Assembly: GCA_963770895.1 (NCBI GenBank)
Contig: CAVYRF010000002.1
Location: forward strand, 2,432,001 to 2,496,000
Direction: 5' to 3'
DNA length: 64,000 bases
DNA from: an uncultured Acidobacteriota bacterium
GTDB lineage: Bacteria > Acidobacteriota > Thermoanaerobaculia > Multivoradales > UBA5704
The position numbers and the translations under genes were made by a program. Of the stretch, positions 1-8,914 are shown piece by piece (the stretch's first letter is position 1; each line of letters begins with the position of its first letter). The notes beneath the pieces were generated by a model, which did not search any database, was not told the DNA's origin, and worked only from the letters and a program-made list of their open reading frames with translations.

Positions 1-2
1 AG

Positions 3-464
3 AGCCCGGCGCTGGCCGCGTTCCACGGCGTGGACAGCTTCGCCGTCGATCCCTCGTGGCGGGTGGTCGCCCGCTTCGAGCCCTACGCCACCCCCAAGCA
101 GATCCCCATCACCAATATCCTGGGGATGACCGCCAATCAACCTTCGCCGGGCGCCGTGGTGTTCGAGCGCGACGGCCATAGCTACCGGCTGGATGCGCTG
201 CAGGCGTCGGACGGGTCGCTGTTCCTGCTCTTCGCCGACCGCACCAGCGGCCGCGAAACCTACGGCGCCGGCCGCTTCCTGGATACCGACGCGCCGCGCG
301 ACGGCAAGGTGGTGATCGACTTCAACAAGGCGTACAACCCGCCCTGCGCGTTCACCTCCTTTGCCACCTGCCCGCTGCCGCCGTCGCAAAACCACCTGGC
401 GGTCGCGATCGACGCCGGCGAAAAGAAGTACGGCGAGGGCGAGCACGCCCCGTCGGGCCGGTAG
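3..464 (+). CDS. DUF1684 family protein, 5'-partial (starts upstream of the window)
   Basis: Open frame from base 3 to TAG at 462-464. Motifs F.D.TSG.ETYGAGRFL and DFNKAYNPPCAF...ATCPLPP are typical of DUF1684. Confidence 0.85.
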   Translation, partial: SPALAAFHGVDSFAVDPSWRVVARFEPYATPKQIPITNILGMTANQPSPGAVVFERDGHSYRLDALQASDGSLFLLFADRTSGRETYGAGRFLDTDAPRDGKVVIDFNKAYNPPCAFTSFATCPLPPSQNHLAVAIDAGEKKYGEGEHAPSGR

Positions 465-536
465 CCCGGCGGCGCCACCCGCCGGGCTGCGACCACGGCC
501 AGGCGCCCCGGTTCGGGCCTGGGCGCCGCTGCTGCT

Positions 537-1406
537 TCAGCGCTGGCTGAGGACCGGGTAGGGGTTGATCGCGACGCCCTGCCACCAGTGCTTTTCGACG
601 CCCAGGCGGAAGATGGCGAAGTGCAGGTGGGGGGCGTTGGGCGGCGCGTTGCCCGAGGTGCCGACGTAGCCGATGACCTGCCCGCGCCGCAGCAGGTCGC
701 CCTCGTGCAGGCTGTCGGCGTAGCGTTCCAGGTGGGCGTAGTAGTAGGCGTAGGTGGCCGACGGATCGTACTGGTACAGGGTGTTGCCGCCGAAGCGGCT
801 GAAAAAGATCTTGGCCAGGCGGCCGTCTTCGACCGCCAGGACCGGCGTATTGCGCGCCGCCATGATGTCCAACGCCTCGTGCTGGTGGCCGGTGCGAGGG
901 TCGCCGAAGGTGTCGTTCAGCTGCTCGGGGCGCACCCCCTGCACCGGCAGCAGCAGGCGGCGCTGGCGCAAGGCGTCGACGTCCGCTGGCGAGGCCGGCG
1001 CCTGGGGCGGCACCGCCGGCGGTGAAGCTGCCGGCGGCGCGCCGGTCTGCGGGCCGGCTGGCGCGCCGGGCGGCGCGGCAGGCGCTTCCGGCGCCGGCGC
1101 CGGGATCGGGCCTGCCTGCGGCCCCGGTCCAGGCGGCGCCTGCGGCCCGCCGTCCGGCCCCGCTTCACCGCGCGGACCGGTGTCGGGCGCCGGCGGGCGC
1201 GAGGCATCCGGCGCCGGCCGCGGCGCCGCGCCGGGCACGGCGGCGCCGGGCACGGTGGTGACGGCGGGGGCGGCCGCCGGACTGGTCATCGCCTGGCGCC
1301 CGGCGCCGGACCCCCATACGACCAGCAGAACGGTCGCCGCGCCCAGCACGAAACCGGTGAGGCCGGCCGTCATCACCGGCCGGCCGGTCCGTTTGGGGTC
1401 GCTCAC
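537..1406 (-). CDS. M23 family metallopeptidase with N-terminal TM segment and Pro/Ala-rich linker
   Basis: HEALD, YAHL and PHLHF zinc motifs. The GTG start at 1406 overlaps the upstream TGA (GTGA). Only the 3' part of the 537..2438 ORF is real. Confidence 0.85.
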   Translation of the reverse strand: MSDPKRTGRPVMTAGLTGFVLGAATVLLVVWGSGAGRQAMTSPAAAPAVTTVPGAAVPGAAPRPAPDASRPPAPDTGPRGEAGPDGGPQAPPGPGPQAGPIPAPAPEAPAAPPGAPAGPQTGAPPAASPPAVPPQAPASPADVDALRQRRLLLPVQGVRPEQLNDTFGDPRTGHQHEALDIMAARNTPVLAVEDGRLAKIFFSRFGGNTLYQYDPSATYAYYYAHLERYADSLHEGDLLRRGQVIGYVGTSGNAPPNAPHLHFAIFRLGVEKHWWQGVAINPYPVLSQR

Positions 1407-2416
1407 GGTTCGAACACCACCGGCGTTCCGGGCTTGACCAGGCTGGCGACCGTCAGGGCGTCCCAGTTGGTGAGGCGAACGCAGCCGCGCGCCAGGCCGG
1501 TGCCGATCTTGTCGGGCTCCGCGGTGCCCTGAATGCCGCAGCGGTCCTTGCCCAGGTCGATCCAGACCAGCCCCAGCGGATTGTTCGGCCCCGGCGCCAG
1601 CTTGGCCCGCGCGCGCCTGGGGCTGGCGCTCCAGAACGCCATTCCGTCGTACCAGGCGGCCGGGTTGGGCTCGACGCTCTGCACCCGGACGCTGCCAACC
1701 GGCAGCTCGCGCTCGCTGCCCACCGACGCCGGGGCGAAGAACAGCAGGTCGTCGCCGTTGTCGACGATCAGCGTCTGCCGCGACCTGGACACCACCACGC
1801 GCACGTCGGCCGAGGCGGCCGCCGGTCCCGCCGGCGCCGGGCGCACCCTGGGTGCCAGCAGGCTTTCGCCCGCCACGAAGCGGGCGTCGGGATTGCGTTC
1901 GCGCAGCAGCTTTTCGGAGGTGTGATGGCGCGCCGCCAGCATCTGGACCAGCGACGCATAGCCGAGCGCCGGCAGCTTCGCCTGGTCCATCACATCGGCG
2001 GGCACCGGCCGGAACGGTCCGCGGGCGTCGTTGGCGCTGATCGTCGCCAGCTCCCAGGCCTGGCCGCCGCTGGCCGCCATCAGGTTCTGCCAGGTGAGCT
2101 TGTCGATCTCGCCGGTGACCGGCAGGTCGTGCGCCTCCTGGAATGCCGCGACCGCCTTGCGCAGGTTGTCGCCGCGGCTGCCGTCCACGACTCCCGGCGA
2201 AATGTTCACCTGGTCGAGCAGCGCCTGCGCGTCGGCGGGCGATTGCGCCGAAGCCGGCGGTATCGCAGGCGTGGCGGACGCGGCCGGCGCCGCCTGGAAT
2301 GCCGGCGCGGCGATCGGCACCATCGCCGGCAGCGCCAGCAGTGTCAGAAGCACCGGCAGGATCAGCGGCCGCGGCAGCGCAACGCCCGGCCGGGCGGATG
2401 GGCGCAGGATGGGCAT
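1403..2416 (-). CDS. L,D-transpeptidase (YkuD-like) with peptidoglycan-binding domain; catalytic motif degenerate
   Basis: Signal peptide, PG-binding motif (VDG..G..LRKAVAAFQ...DLPVTGEID), PGPNNPLG..WIDL, then IQGT..PDKIG...ARGCVRLTNWD. Confidence 0.85.
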   Translation of the reverse strand: MPILRPSARPGVALPRPLILPVLLTLLALPAMVPIAAPAFQAAPAASATPAIPPASAQSPADAQALLDQVNISPGVVDGSRGDNLRKAVAAFQEAHDLPVTGEIDKLTWQNLMAASGGQAWELATISANDARGPFRPVPADVMDQAKLPALGYASLVQMLAARHHTSEKLLRERNPDARFVAGESLLAPRVRPAPAGPAAASADVRVVVSRSRQTLIVDNGDDLLFFAPASVGSERELPVGSVRVQSVEPNPAAWYDGMAFWSASPRRARAKLAPGPNNPLGLVWIDLGKDRCGIQGTAEPDKIGTGLARGCVRLTNWDALTVASLVKPGTPVVFEP

Positions 2417-2467
2417 GGTCGCTCCCAGGTATTTGCAAGACGAACGCCAGTTCTCAACCGGCGGCGC

Positions 2468-4069
2468 TCAATCGGCGGGGTAGATGACCACCCGGCGATA
2501 GCCTCCCAGCCCCTTGCTTTCGGACTGCAGGCCGCTGCGCTCGGCCGCTTCGTGTTGCAGGCGCCGCAGGTAGGTGTTGCGCGGCGGCAGCTCGACCGGC
2601 TTGCCGCGATCGAGCACCTGGTCGATGCCCGCCTCGGCTTCCGCGAGCGCCGCCTGGTCGCCGGCCGCGACGTCGCTGGCGGCGGCAAGCCCGAGCGCGG
2701 AGCGCAGGGTGTTTTCGATCTGCACGATGGTGTTGCTCTTGGCCACCGCCACCTTCACGCCGCGCGCGTGGGCGTCGCGCAGGCGGCGGGGCGCGCGGCG
2801 CTCCTGGGCTTTGAGGGTGACCACCAGGTCGGCGCCGTCCAGGTCTTCGACCACCAGGGCGTTGACCCGGAACTTGCGGATCGCGTGCTCCAGCTTGGCC
2901 TTGGAGATCGCATACGGGTGGATGCGCACCAGGCGCCCCGGCACGCGGGCGCGAGGGGAGGAGTCGTCGCCGTCGCCCGCCGTCGTCGCCCCCGCCCCCG
3001 CCGCCATCGCCGCCGCCAGGGCCTCCGGCCGTCGCCGCGCCGGGCCCGCATCCGGCGCCGGCTGGATCTCGACCTGCCCGCCGGCCGACCGCGTGCGCAG
3101 CTCGGGGCGGGCGGGGGCTTCGCGCAGCAGGCGATCGACCACTTCCGCCACGTCGTGGTGGACGGCCAGGCGCGCCCGCTCCTGGATCTCGATCAGCACC
3201 CCGAAGGTGGGCGGCGCCTTGCGCTCCAGCACCGTCTTCTGGGTGCCGCGCCGCCGCGCCTCTTCGTCGGAAAGGGTGACCGGGTGGATGCCCCCCACCA
3301 GGTCGGACAGGGTGGGGTTTTGCAGCAGGTTGTCCAGCGTGTTGCCGTGCGCGGTGGCGATCAGCTGCACGCCGCGCTCGGCGATGGTGCGCGCCGCCAT
3401 GGCTTCGGCGGCGGTGCCGATCTCGTCGATGACGATGACCTGCGGCATGTGGTTTTCCACCGCCTCGATCATCACCGCGTGCTGCTGCTCGGGCGAAGGC
3501 ACCTGGATGCGGCGGGCGCGCCCGATGCCGGGGTGCGGGATGTCGCCGTCGCCGGCGATCTCGTTGGAGGTGTCGACCACCACCACCCGCCGGGCGAGGT
3601 CGTCCGCCAGCACGCGCGCCGCTTCCCGCAGCAGCGTCGTCTTGCCGACGCCGGGGCGGCCCAGCAGCAGGATCGAGGCGCCGGCTTCGATCACGTCGCG
3701 CAGGATGTCGACGGTGCCGTACACCGCCCGGCCGATGCGGCAGGTCAGGCCGACGACCTGGCCGCGCCGGTTGCGCAGCGCCGAGATGCGATGCAGCGTG
3801 CGTTCGATGCCGGCGCGGTTGTCCTTGGCGAAGTCGCCGACGCGGCCGACGACGTGGGCGATGTCGTCGTGAGTCACCGGCTGGGCCGACAGCTCGACGC
3901 CCAGCTCGGCAAAGCGCGCCTCGGGCTGGCGGCCCAGGTCCAGGACGATCTCGACCAGGTTTTCGCTGGCAGGCACCGCCTGGATCGCCTGGCGGATGCG
4001 CGGCGGCATGACCGCCAGCAGCAGGTCCAGGTCGTCGACGACCGGCTTGTCTTCCCTGGGCGCGTCCAC
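2468..4069 (-). CDS. Ycf45/SpoIIIAA-like AAA ATPase with C-terminal R3H domain
   Basis: Walker [20 protein letters not shown], Walker [12 protein letters not shown] and C-terminal RRLQH (R3H). Start approximate (GTG at 4069 or 4072). Confidence 0.85.
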   Translation of the reverse strand: MDAPREDKPVVDDLDLLLAVMPPRIRQAIQAVPASENLVEIVLDLGRQPEARFAELGVELSAQPVTHDDIAHVVGRVGDFAKDNRAGIERTLHRISALRNRRGQVVGLTCRIGRAVYGTVDILRDVIEAGASILLLGRPGVGKTTLLREAARVLADDLARRVVVVDTSNEIAGDGDIPHPGIGRARRIQVPSPEQQHAVMIEAVENHMPQVIVIDEIGTAAEAMAARTIAERGVQLIATAHGNTLDNLLQNPTLSDLVGGIHPVTLSDEEARRRGTQKTVLERKAPPTFGVLIEIQERARLAVHHDVAEVVDRLLREAPARPELRTRSAGGQVEIQPAPDAGPARRRPEALAAAMAAGAGATTAGDGDDSSPRARVPGRLVRIHPYAISKAKLEHAIRKFRVNALVVEDLDGADLVVTLKAQERRAPRRLRDAHARGVKVAVAKSNTIVQIENTLRSALGLAAASDVAAGDQAALAEAEAGIDQVLDRGKPVELPPRNTYLRRLQHEAAERSGLQSESKGLGGYRRVVIYPAD

Positions 4070-4151
4070 CACCGTGGATTGTAATGCGCCGGGCCGCGGG
4101 CGCATCCGCTGCCGGTTATGGCACAATCCCAGGCTTCATAGGGGAGGATCG

Positions 4152-5765
4152 GTGCAGAAACGGAGGGTTGGCATCTTTGGTTGGGGGATCGTGGCGCCGC
4201 GTTCGCCGGACATCGATGCCTTCACCCGCAACCTGGAGTGCACCGAATCGTGGCTGACGCCGTTTCGCGGCTTCGGTCCCAACAACTTTCTGGTCGGGAC
4301 GCCGCAGTTCGACTTTGCCGCCTACCGCGGGTGGATCGCCGAGCGCTTCCCCCCCAGCCGCTTTCGCCAGCTGGAGGAGAAGATGGACCTGCCGGCGCTC
4401 TACGCCGTGGGCTCGTTCATCCAGTCGTTGCGGCAGAACCCCGGCCTGGAGCAGGAGCTGACGCGGCTGGGGACGCGCGCGCACATCTACGTCGGCACCG
4501 GCCTGGGCAGCCTGCAGACGACCGCCGACAACGCTCTTGCCCTGGACCGGGCGCAGCGGCGGTGGGACCGTTTCTGGGCCGAGCGCAACCCCGAGCTGCG
4601 GGACTGGCTGGACCGGCATGGGGAGCACCCGGTGGACGCCGCGCAGCCTGGCGCGCCGCCCGACGGACCCGACGGCATGCCGGTGGACCCGCGGACGCTC
4701 GCCGACACGCTCGACGGCATGGACGAGCTGGCACGGGCGCAAGGCGCCTGGTGGCACTTCTGGGCCGGCCGTTGCCCCGACCTGCACACCTACCTGGCCG
4801 AGCTGGCGGCCATCGACGGGGTGTCGGTTTCGGGCGACGTCGAGCGCGGCAAGATGAGCGTGCTCAAGGAAAAGCAGCGCCGCCAGGCGCAGCTGCAAAA
4901 GCAGTGGGGAGCGCCGGTGCCGCCGTGGCAGTCGGTTTCGGCCAACCTGGTGTGGAACATCCAGAACACCCCGGCGTCGCAGATCTCGATGCTCGGCCAC
5001 ATCACCGGCATGGCGTTCGCTCCGGTCGCCGCCTGCTCCACCTTCGGCGTGTCCCTCAAGCTGGGCATGGACGCCATCCTGAGCGGCCGCGCCACGGCGG
5101 TGGTGGTGGGCGCCACCGATCCGCCGCCGCTGGCGCTCAGCGTCGGCGCCTTTTACAACGCGCGCGTCATCGCCGCCGACAACCAGGTTTCGAAGCCGCT
5201 GACCGGCCTGCGCGGCACCCACGTGGCCGGCGGGTCGGTGGTGTGGGTTCTGGGCGACCTGGAGCACATGCTGGAGCGGGGCTTCAAGCCGCTGGGCATG
5301 GAACCGCTGGCGGTGGGCGTCAGTGCCGACGCCGACCACATCATCACGCCGTCGCCCGAAGGGCCCACCGCGGCCATCCGGCAGGCCCTGGACGAATCGG
5401 GCGTCGGACCGCAGGAGATCGGCAGCTGGGATCTGCACGCCACCGCCACGCCCGGCGACGACCTGGAGGTGGCGACGCTGCGCTCGCTGCTGCCGGCGTC
5501 GGTGCTGGTGACCGCCCGCAAGGGCACCTTCGGCCACGGCATGAGCGCCGGCAGCGGCTGGGAGCTGACCGCGCAGTACCTGGGCTACCAGCGCGGGCAC
5601 CTCTATCCGACGGGCCTTGCGGAGAGCGAGCTGAACCACGAGATCGCCGCCCGCCACAACCTCTTCGTCTTCGACCGCCCCTGCGACCTGCCCGCGGGGG
5701 CCGCCGGCAAGCTGTCGATGGGGATCGGCGGCATCAATGCCTGCGTCGTGTCGCGTCCCTGGTAG
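4152..5765 (+). CDS. Beta-ketoacyl synthase (FabF/KAS-like) with a large insertion
   Basis: GGAGG RBS before GTG 4152. Catalytic Cys in AACST and His residues in HATATP and KGTFGH; C-terminal SMGIGGINAC. Confidence 0.8.
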   Translation: MQKRRVGIFGWGIVAPRSPDIDAFTRNLECTESWLTPFRGFGPNNFLVGTPQFDFAAYRGWIAERFPPSRFRQLEEKMDLPALYAVGSFIQSLRQNPGLEQELTRLGTRAHIYVGTGLGSLQTTADNALALDRAQRRWDRFWAERNPELRDWLDRHGEHPVDAAQPGAPPDGPDGMPVDPRTLADTLDGMDELARAQGAWWHFWAGRCPDLHTYLAELAAIDGVSVSGDVERGKMSVLKEKQRRQAQLQKQWGAPVPPWQSVSANLVWNIQNTPASQISMLGHITGMAFAPVAACSTFGVSLKLGMDAILSGRATAVVVGATDPPPLALSVGAFYNARVIAADNQVSKPLTGLRGTHVAGGSVVWVLGDLEHMLERGFKPLGMEPLAVGVSADADHIITPSPEGPTAAIRQALDESGVGPQEIGSWDLHATATPGDDLEVATLRSLLPASVLVTARKGTFGHGMSAGSGWELTAQYLGYQRGHLYPTGLAESELNHEIAARHNLFVFDRPCDLPAGAAGKLSMGIGGINACVVSRPW

Positions 5766-7536
5766 GTGAGGACGGCGGCGCCGGCGCGGCGCGCAGCTGG
5801 TTGGAGGCGCACCGGTAGCCGCCGTTGAAGATCACGCTTTCGACCAGCGGCGGCAGCAGGTCGAGCCGGCATCCGGCGGCGCCAAACTCACGCCGCGCCA
5901 GGGCGTCGCCGGCGGCCAGCAGCGAGGCGAACCCTTCCGCCCGCGCCTCCCCGCGACGCGCCTCGACGACGACGTTGTTCCAGGTGATCAGGAACTCGGC
6001 AAAGCCCAGGTGACGGCCTGCCAGAAGAACCGTCGGCACGGCGATCAACGGCAGCCGGCGCACTGCGAACCCTTGCGCCGCAAGGTGCTGCGCCAGGAGG
6101 TCCAGGAACCGATCGAGCGCCTGCGGCCGCTCCTCCCGCTGCGCCGCGGCGAGTGCCGCCTCCAGCGCCTGGCCGGCCGGGGCGGCGAGACCGTAGGCCC
6201 GGCCCATCGCCGCCACGTCGTCCACGGCCGCGCCGGCCAGCAGGCGCCGCCCGGCGTCGATGCTGCCGACCAGCGCCACCGGCTGAGTGACCGGGGTGCT
6301 GCCGCCCGGTGCCTGCGCCGTCGCGGGCAGCAGCGTCAGCACCGAATCGAGGTCGTAGCCGGCGCCGCCACCCAAGGCGTGCATCAGCGCCAGGTCGCCC
6401 GGCCGGGCCGGAGCGTCCGGCGCCGCGGCAGCGCCAGGATCGCCGCCGGGACCGCCGGTGATCGATTGCGGCCTGTTGGAGGAGGCCGGCGACAGGTTTG
6501 AGGGCGTGTCCGGCAAGGGGATCGTAGTCGCGGCTGCCACCGGCGGTTCGGGCAGTGGATGGACGAACCGCACCGGCCGCCCATACATCGCCGCCAGCTC
6601 CGCCGCGGCGCGCCGGGCGGCGGCGACGTAGCTGGAGATGCCGGCGGCGGTGGCGAAGCTCGGGACCGGCACGCGGTCGACGCCCAGCAGGGCGAGGATG
6701 CGCGGCTCCAGGGTGTGCAGGGTGATCCACGCCGCGTCGCGAGTCAGCAGCACCTGGCCGTTGTGGAACGGCACGGGGGCCGCAGTCCAGCGCACGCCGC
6801 CGGCGGCGCCGCCCCAGGCGTGGTCCAGGGCGTCCGGCAGGTCGTCGACCAGCTGCGGGCCGAAATGCAGGTCCTCTTCGCGGCCGGCCTGGACGTTGGG
6901 CCGCACCACCACCGCCAGCCCGCCGTCCGCCAGGTGGGTCAGCGACATCGGGTCGCGCGGCCAGGGCGACAGCGGGCGCCCCCAGGTGTCCAGCAGCTGG
7001 ACGCCGAGCGCCGCCGCCCGCGGCGCCAGCGCCTGCCGCATCGGCAGGTCGACCATCGCCAGGAGCGTCCGGGCGGGCGCCGCGGCGTGCACCGCGGCCA
7101 GCAGCCCCAACGCGTCGGCCGGCGAGAACATGCTGGCCGGCAGCGAGTAGAGCGACGCGGCGATCGGGTCGTCGTCGGCGCTGAACCGGAGCTGCGCCGC
7201 CGGTCCGTAGTCGAAGCGGCGCCCCGCGCTGGTGCGCCGCGCCGCCCCCCAGACCACTGCCAGCCGCTCCGCGTCCGCAAAGTCGATTCCGGCCAGGCTG
7301 CCGATCGCCGTGGCGGACGGACCGCCCTGCCCGGCCGCGCCGCCGGCAATCCCGTCAACCGCGCCAAGCGGATCGGTAGCCGTGCTGGCGGGTTCGCGTG
7401 CCGGAAACGTGCTCGCTCCCTGCGCGCCGCGGCCGCCGCCGGCCAGCAAGGCGGCGGCCATCACGAGCCCGCCGGCCAGGCACGCCGGACGCCTGCCGCA
7501 GTGGGCTCGGACTGCCAATCCGTCGGCGCGATCCAC
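5734..7536 (-). CDS. Exported hypothetical protein, probable pentein (amidinotransferase/deiminase-like) fold
   Basis: Signal-like N-terminus. Ordered motifs WPRD, YDLD, ITWNN and C-terminal GGYRC resemble the W.RD/H.D/Y.N/GG.HC motifs of agmatine and peptidylarginine deiminases. Confidence 0.55.
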   Translation of the reverse strand: MDRADGLAVRAHCGRRPACLAGGLVMAAALLAGGGRGAQGASTFPAREPASTATDPLGAVDGIAGGAAGQGGPSATAIGSLAGIDFADAERLAVVWGAARRTSAGRRFDYGPAAQLRFSADDDPIAASLYSLPASMFSPADALGLLAAVHAAAPARTLLAMVDLPMRQALAPRAAALGVQLLDTWGRPLSPWPRDPMSLTHLADGGLAVVVRPNVQAGREEDLHFGPQLVDDLPDALDHAWGGAAGGVRWTAAPVPFHNGQVLLTRDAAWITLHTLEPRILALLGVDRVPVPSFATAAGISSYVAAARRAAAELAAMYGRPVRFVHPLPEPPVAAATTIPLPDTPSNLSPASSNRPQSITGGPGGDPGAAAAPDAPARPGDLALMHALGGGAGYDLDSVLTLLPATAQAPGGSTPVTQPVALVGSIDAGRRLLAGAAVDDVAAMGRAYGLAAPAGQALEAALAAAQREERPQALDRFLDLLAQHLAAQGFAVRRLPLIAVPTVLLAGRHLGFAEFLITWNNVVVEARRGEARAEGFASLLAAGDALARREFGAAGCRLDLLPPLVESVIFNGGYRCASNQLRAAPAPPSSPTRDATRRRH

Positions 7537-7554
7537 CTGGCCGGTTGCCGCCGG

Positions 7555-8820
7555 TCAGGAGTGCGGCGGTTTGCCGTCCGCGGCGGGCGGGGTGCCGGTC
7601 AGGGCAGGGGCCAGGGCGGCGGCCTTTTCGCCGGCTTTTTTGGCGTCGTCCAGGCGGCCCGCGGCGATGAGCAGCTGCTGCAGGGCCTGCCACGCTTCCT
7701 GCTGTGCGGGCTCGATGCGGGTGGCGCGCTCGACGAACGCGATGCCTTCCGGGGCATGGCCGGTTTCGGCCAGCAAACGGCCGTATTCGATGGCGACGCC
7801 GCCGGCGACGCGCGGGTCGGGGGCGCCCTTGGGATCGTTGGGCAGGACGTCGGCCAGCGGCTTGAGAGTAGCCAGGGCAGCGGCGGGGTTGCCTGACTGG
7901 TGCTGCGCCTTGGCCAGCAGCAGCGCGATCGAAGGGTGCCGGACGTCGGCGCCGGCGAGCAGCGCCACCGCCTGCTTGGGCTGGCCGATCAGCAGATCGG
8001 CTTCGGCCAGGCAACGACGGATCTCGCCGTCCATCCCCTTGGGATGCTGGGCGAGCAGCGGCGTCAGCAGGTCCACGGCGTGCTGTCCGTCGCGCTTCTG
8101 GATGAAGATCTTGGCGTTGATCAGCACCGTCGTCGGATCGGTCGGCTTGAGCGCGATGATCAGCTGCTCCGCTTCCGCCGTGCGCTCCAGGTCGAGCGCC
8201 AGGGCGATGGCGGTGAGCACCGCTTCGTTGTCGCGCGGGTTGCGGATGGCCCAGGGGCGCAGCATGGAATAGGCCTCGACGACGCGCCCGCGGTGCGCCA
8301 GCAGCAGGCCCAGGTCGCGCGCCGCGGGCGAGGCCGGTTCGAGGGCGAGCGAGCGTTCAAAATAGGCCTGCGCCGCGGCTTCCTCGTTGAGCATCTGCGC
8401 CGCCCGCCCGGCGTTGAACAGCACCGCGGCTTCGGCGTCAGGGGCGTCGGCGAGCGGCTTGAGCACCGCCGCCGCTTCGCGCGGCTTGCCGACCTGCAGG
8501 TAGAGGGTGCCCAGCAGCGACAGCACCCGCGGCGTCGCCTTGCCCGCCTTGCGCAGCGGTTCGAGCTGGGCGATTGCCGCGTCGTACTTGCCCGCCTTGG
8601 CGAGCGCCGTGGCCTGCTGCATCTGCTGACTGACGGCCTGGTCGGCGGCGCTTGCGGCGGCCGTCGCCGCCGGCGGCGCTGCCGCTGCGGGGACGGCCGC
8701 GGGGGCCGGGGCGGCCGCGGCCGGGGCCGCCAGGACCGGCGAACCGGTCAGGACGCCGGCAACCAGCGCCACCGCGGTCAGCAGGAGGGTGAGAAGCGGG
8801 AGACGGGGCGTTCTGCGCAT
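7555..8820 (-). CDS. Exported tetratricopeptide-repeat protein
   Basis: Signal peptide, Ala/Pro linker and multiple TPR-like helical repeats. Confidence 0.8.
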   Translation of the reverse strand: MRRTPRLPLLTLLLTAVALVAGVLTGSPVLAAPAAAAPAPAAVPAAAAPPAATAAASAADQAVSQQMQQATALAKAGKYDAAIAQLEPLRKAGKATPRVLSLLGTLYLQVGKPREAAAVLKPLADAPDAEAAVLFNAGRAAQMLNEEAAAQAYFERSLALEPASPAARDLGLLLAHRGRVVEAYSMLRPWAIRNPRDNEAVLTAIALALDLERTAEAEQLIIALKPTDPTTVLINAKIFIQKRDGQHAVDLLTPLLAQHPKGMDGEIRRCLAEADLLIGQPKQAVALLAGADVRHPSIALLLAKAQHQSGNPAAALATLKPLADVLPNDPKGAPDPRVAGGVAIEYGRLLAETGHAPEGIAFVERATRIEPAQQEAWQALQQLLIAAGRLDDAKKAGEKAAALAPALTGTPPAADGKPPHS

Positions 8821-8914
8821 GGATGGGAAGCTCCGGTGGGCCGGCGTGCGCCGGCGGACGGGTGACGAGAGCGACGCGCTCCCATGGGAAGGTCCCTATT
8901 CTAGCCGATTTGGC

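Noticed and set aside
1407-2438. 5' extension of the 633-aa ORF 537..2438
   Set aside because: It is an off-frame shadow of the L,D-transpeptidase gene; only 537-1406 has M23 features.
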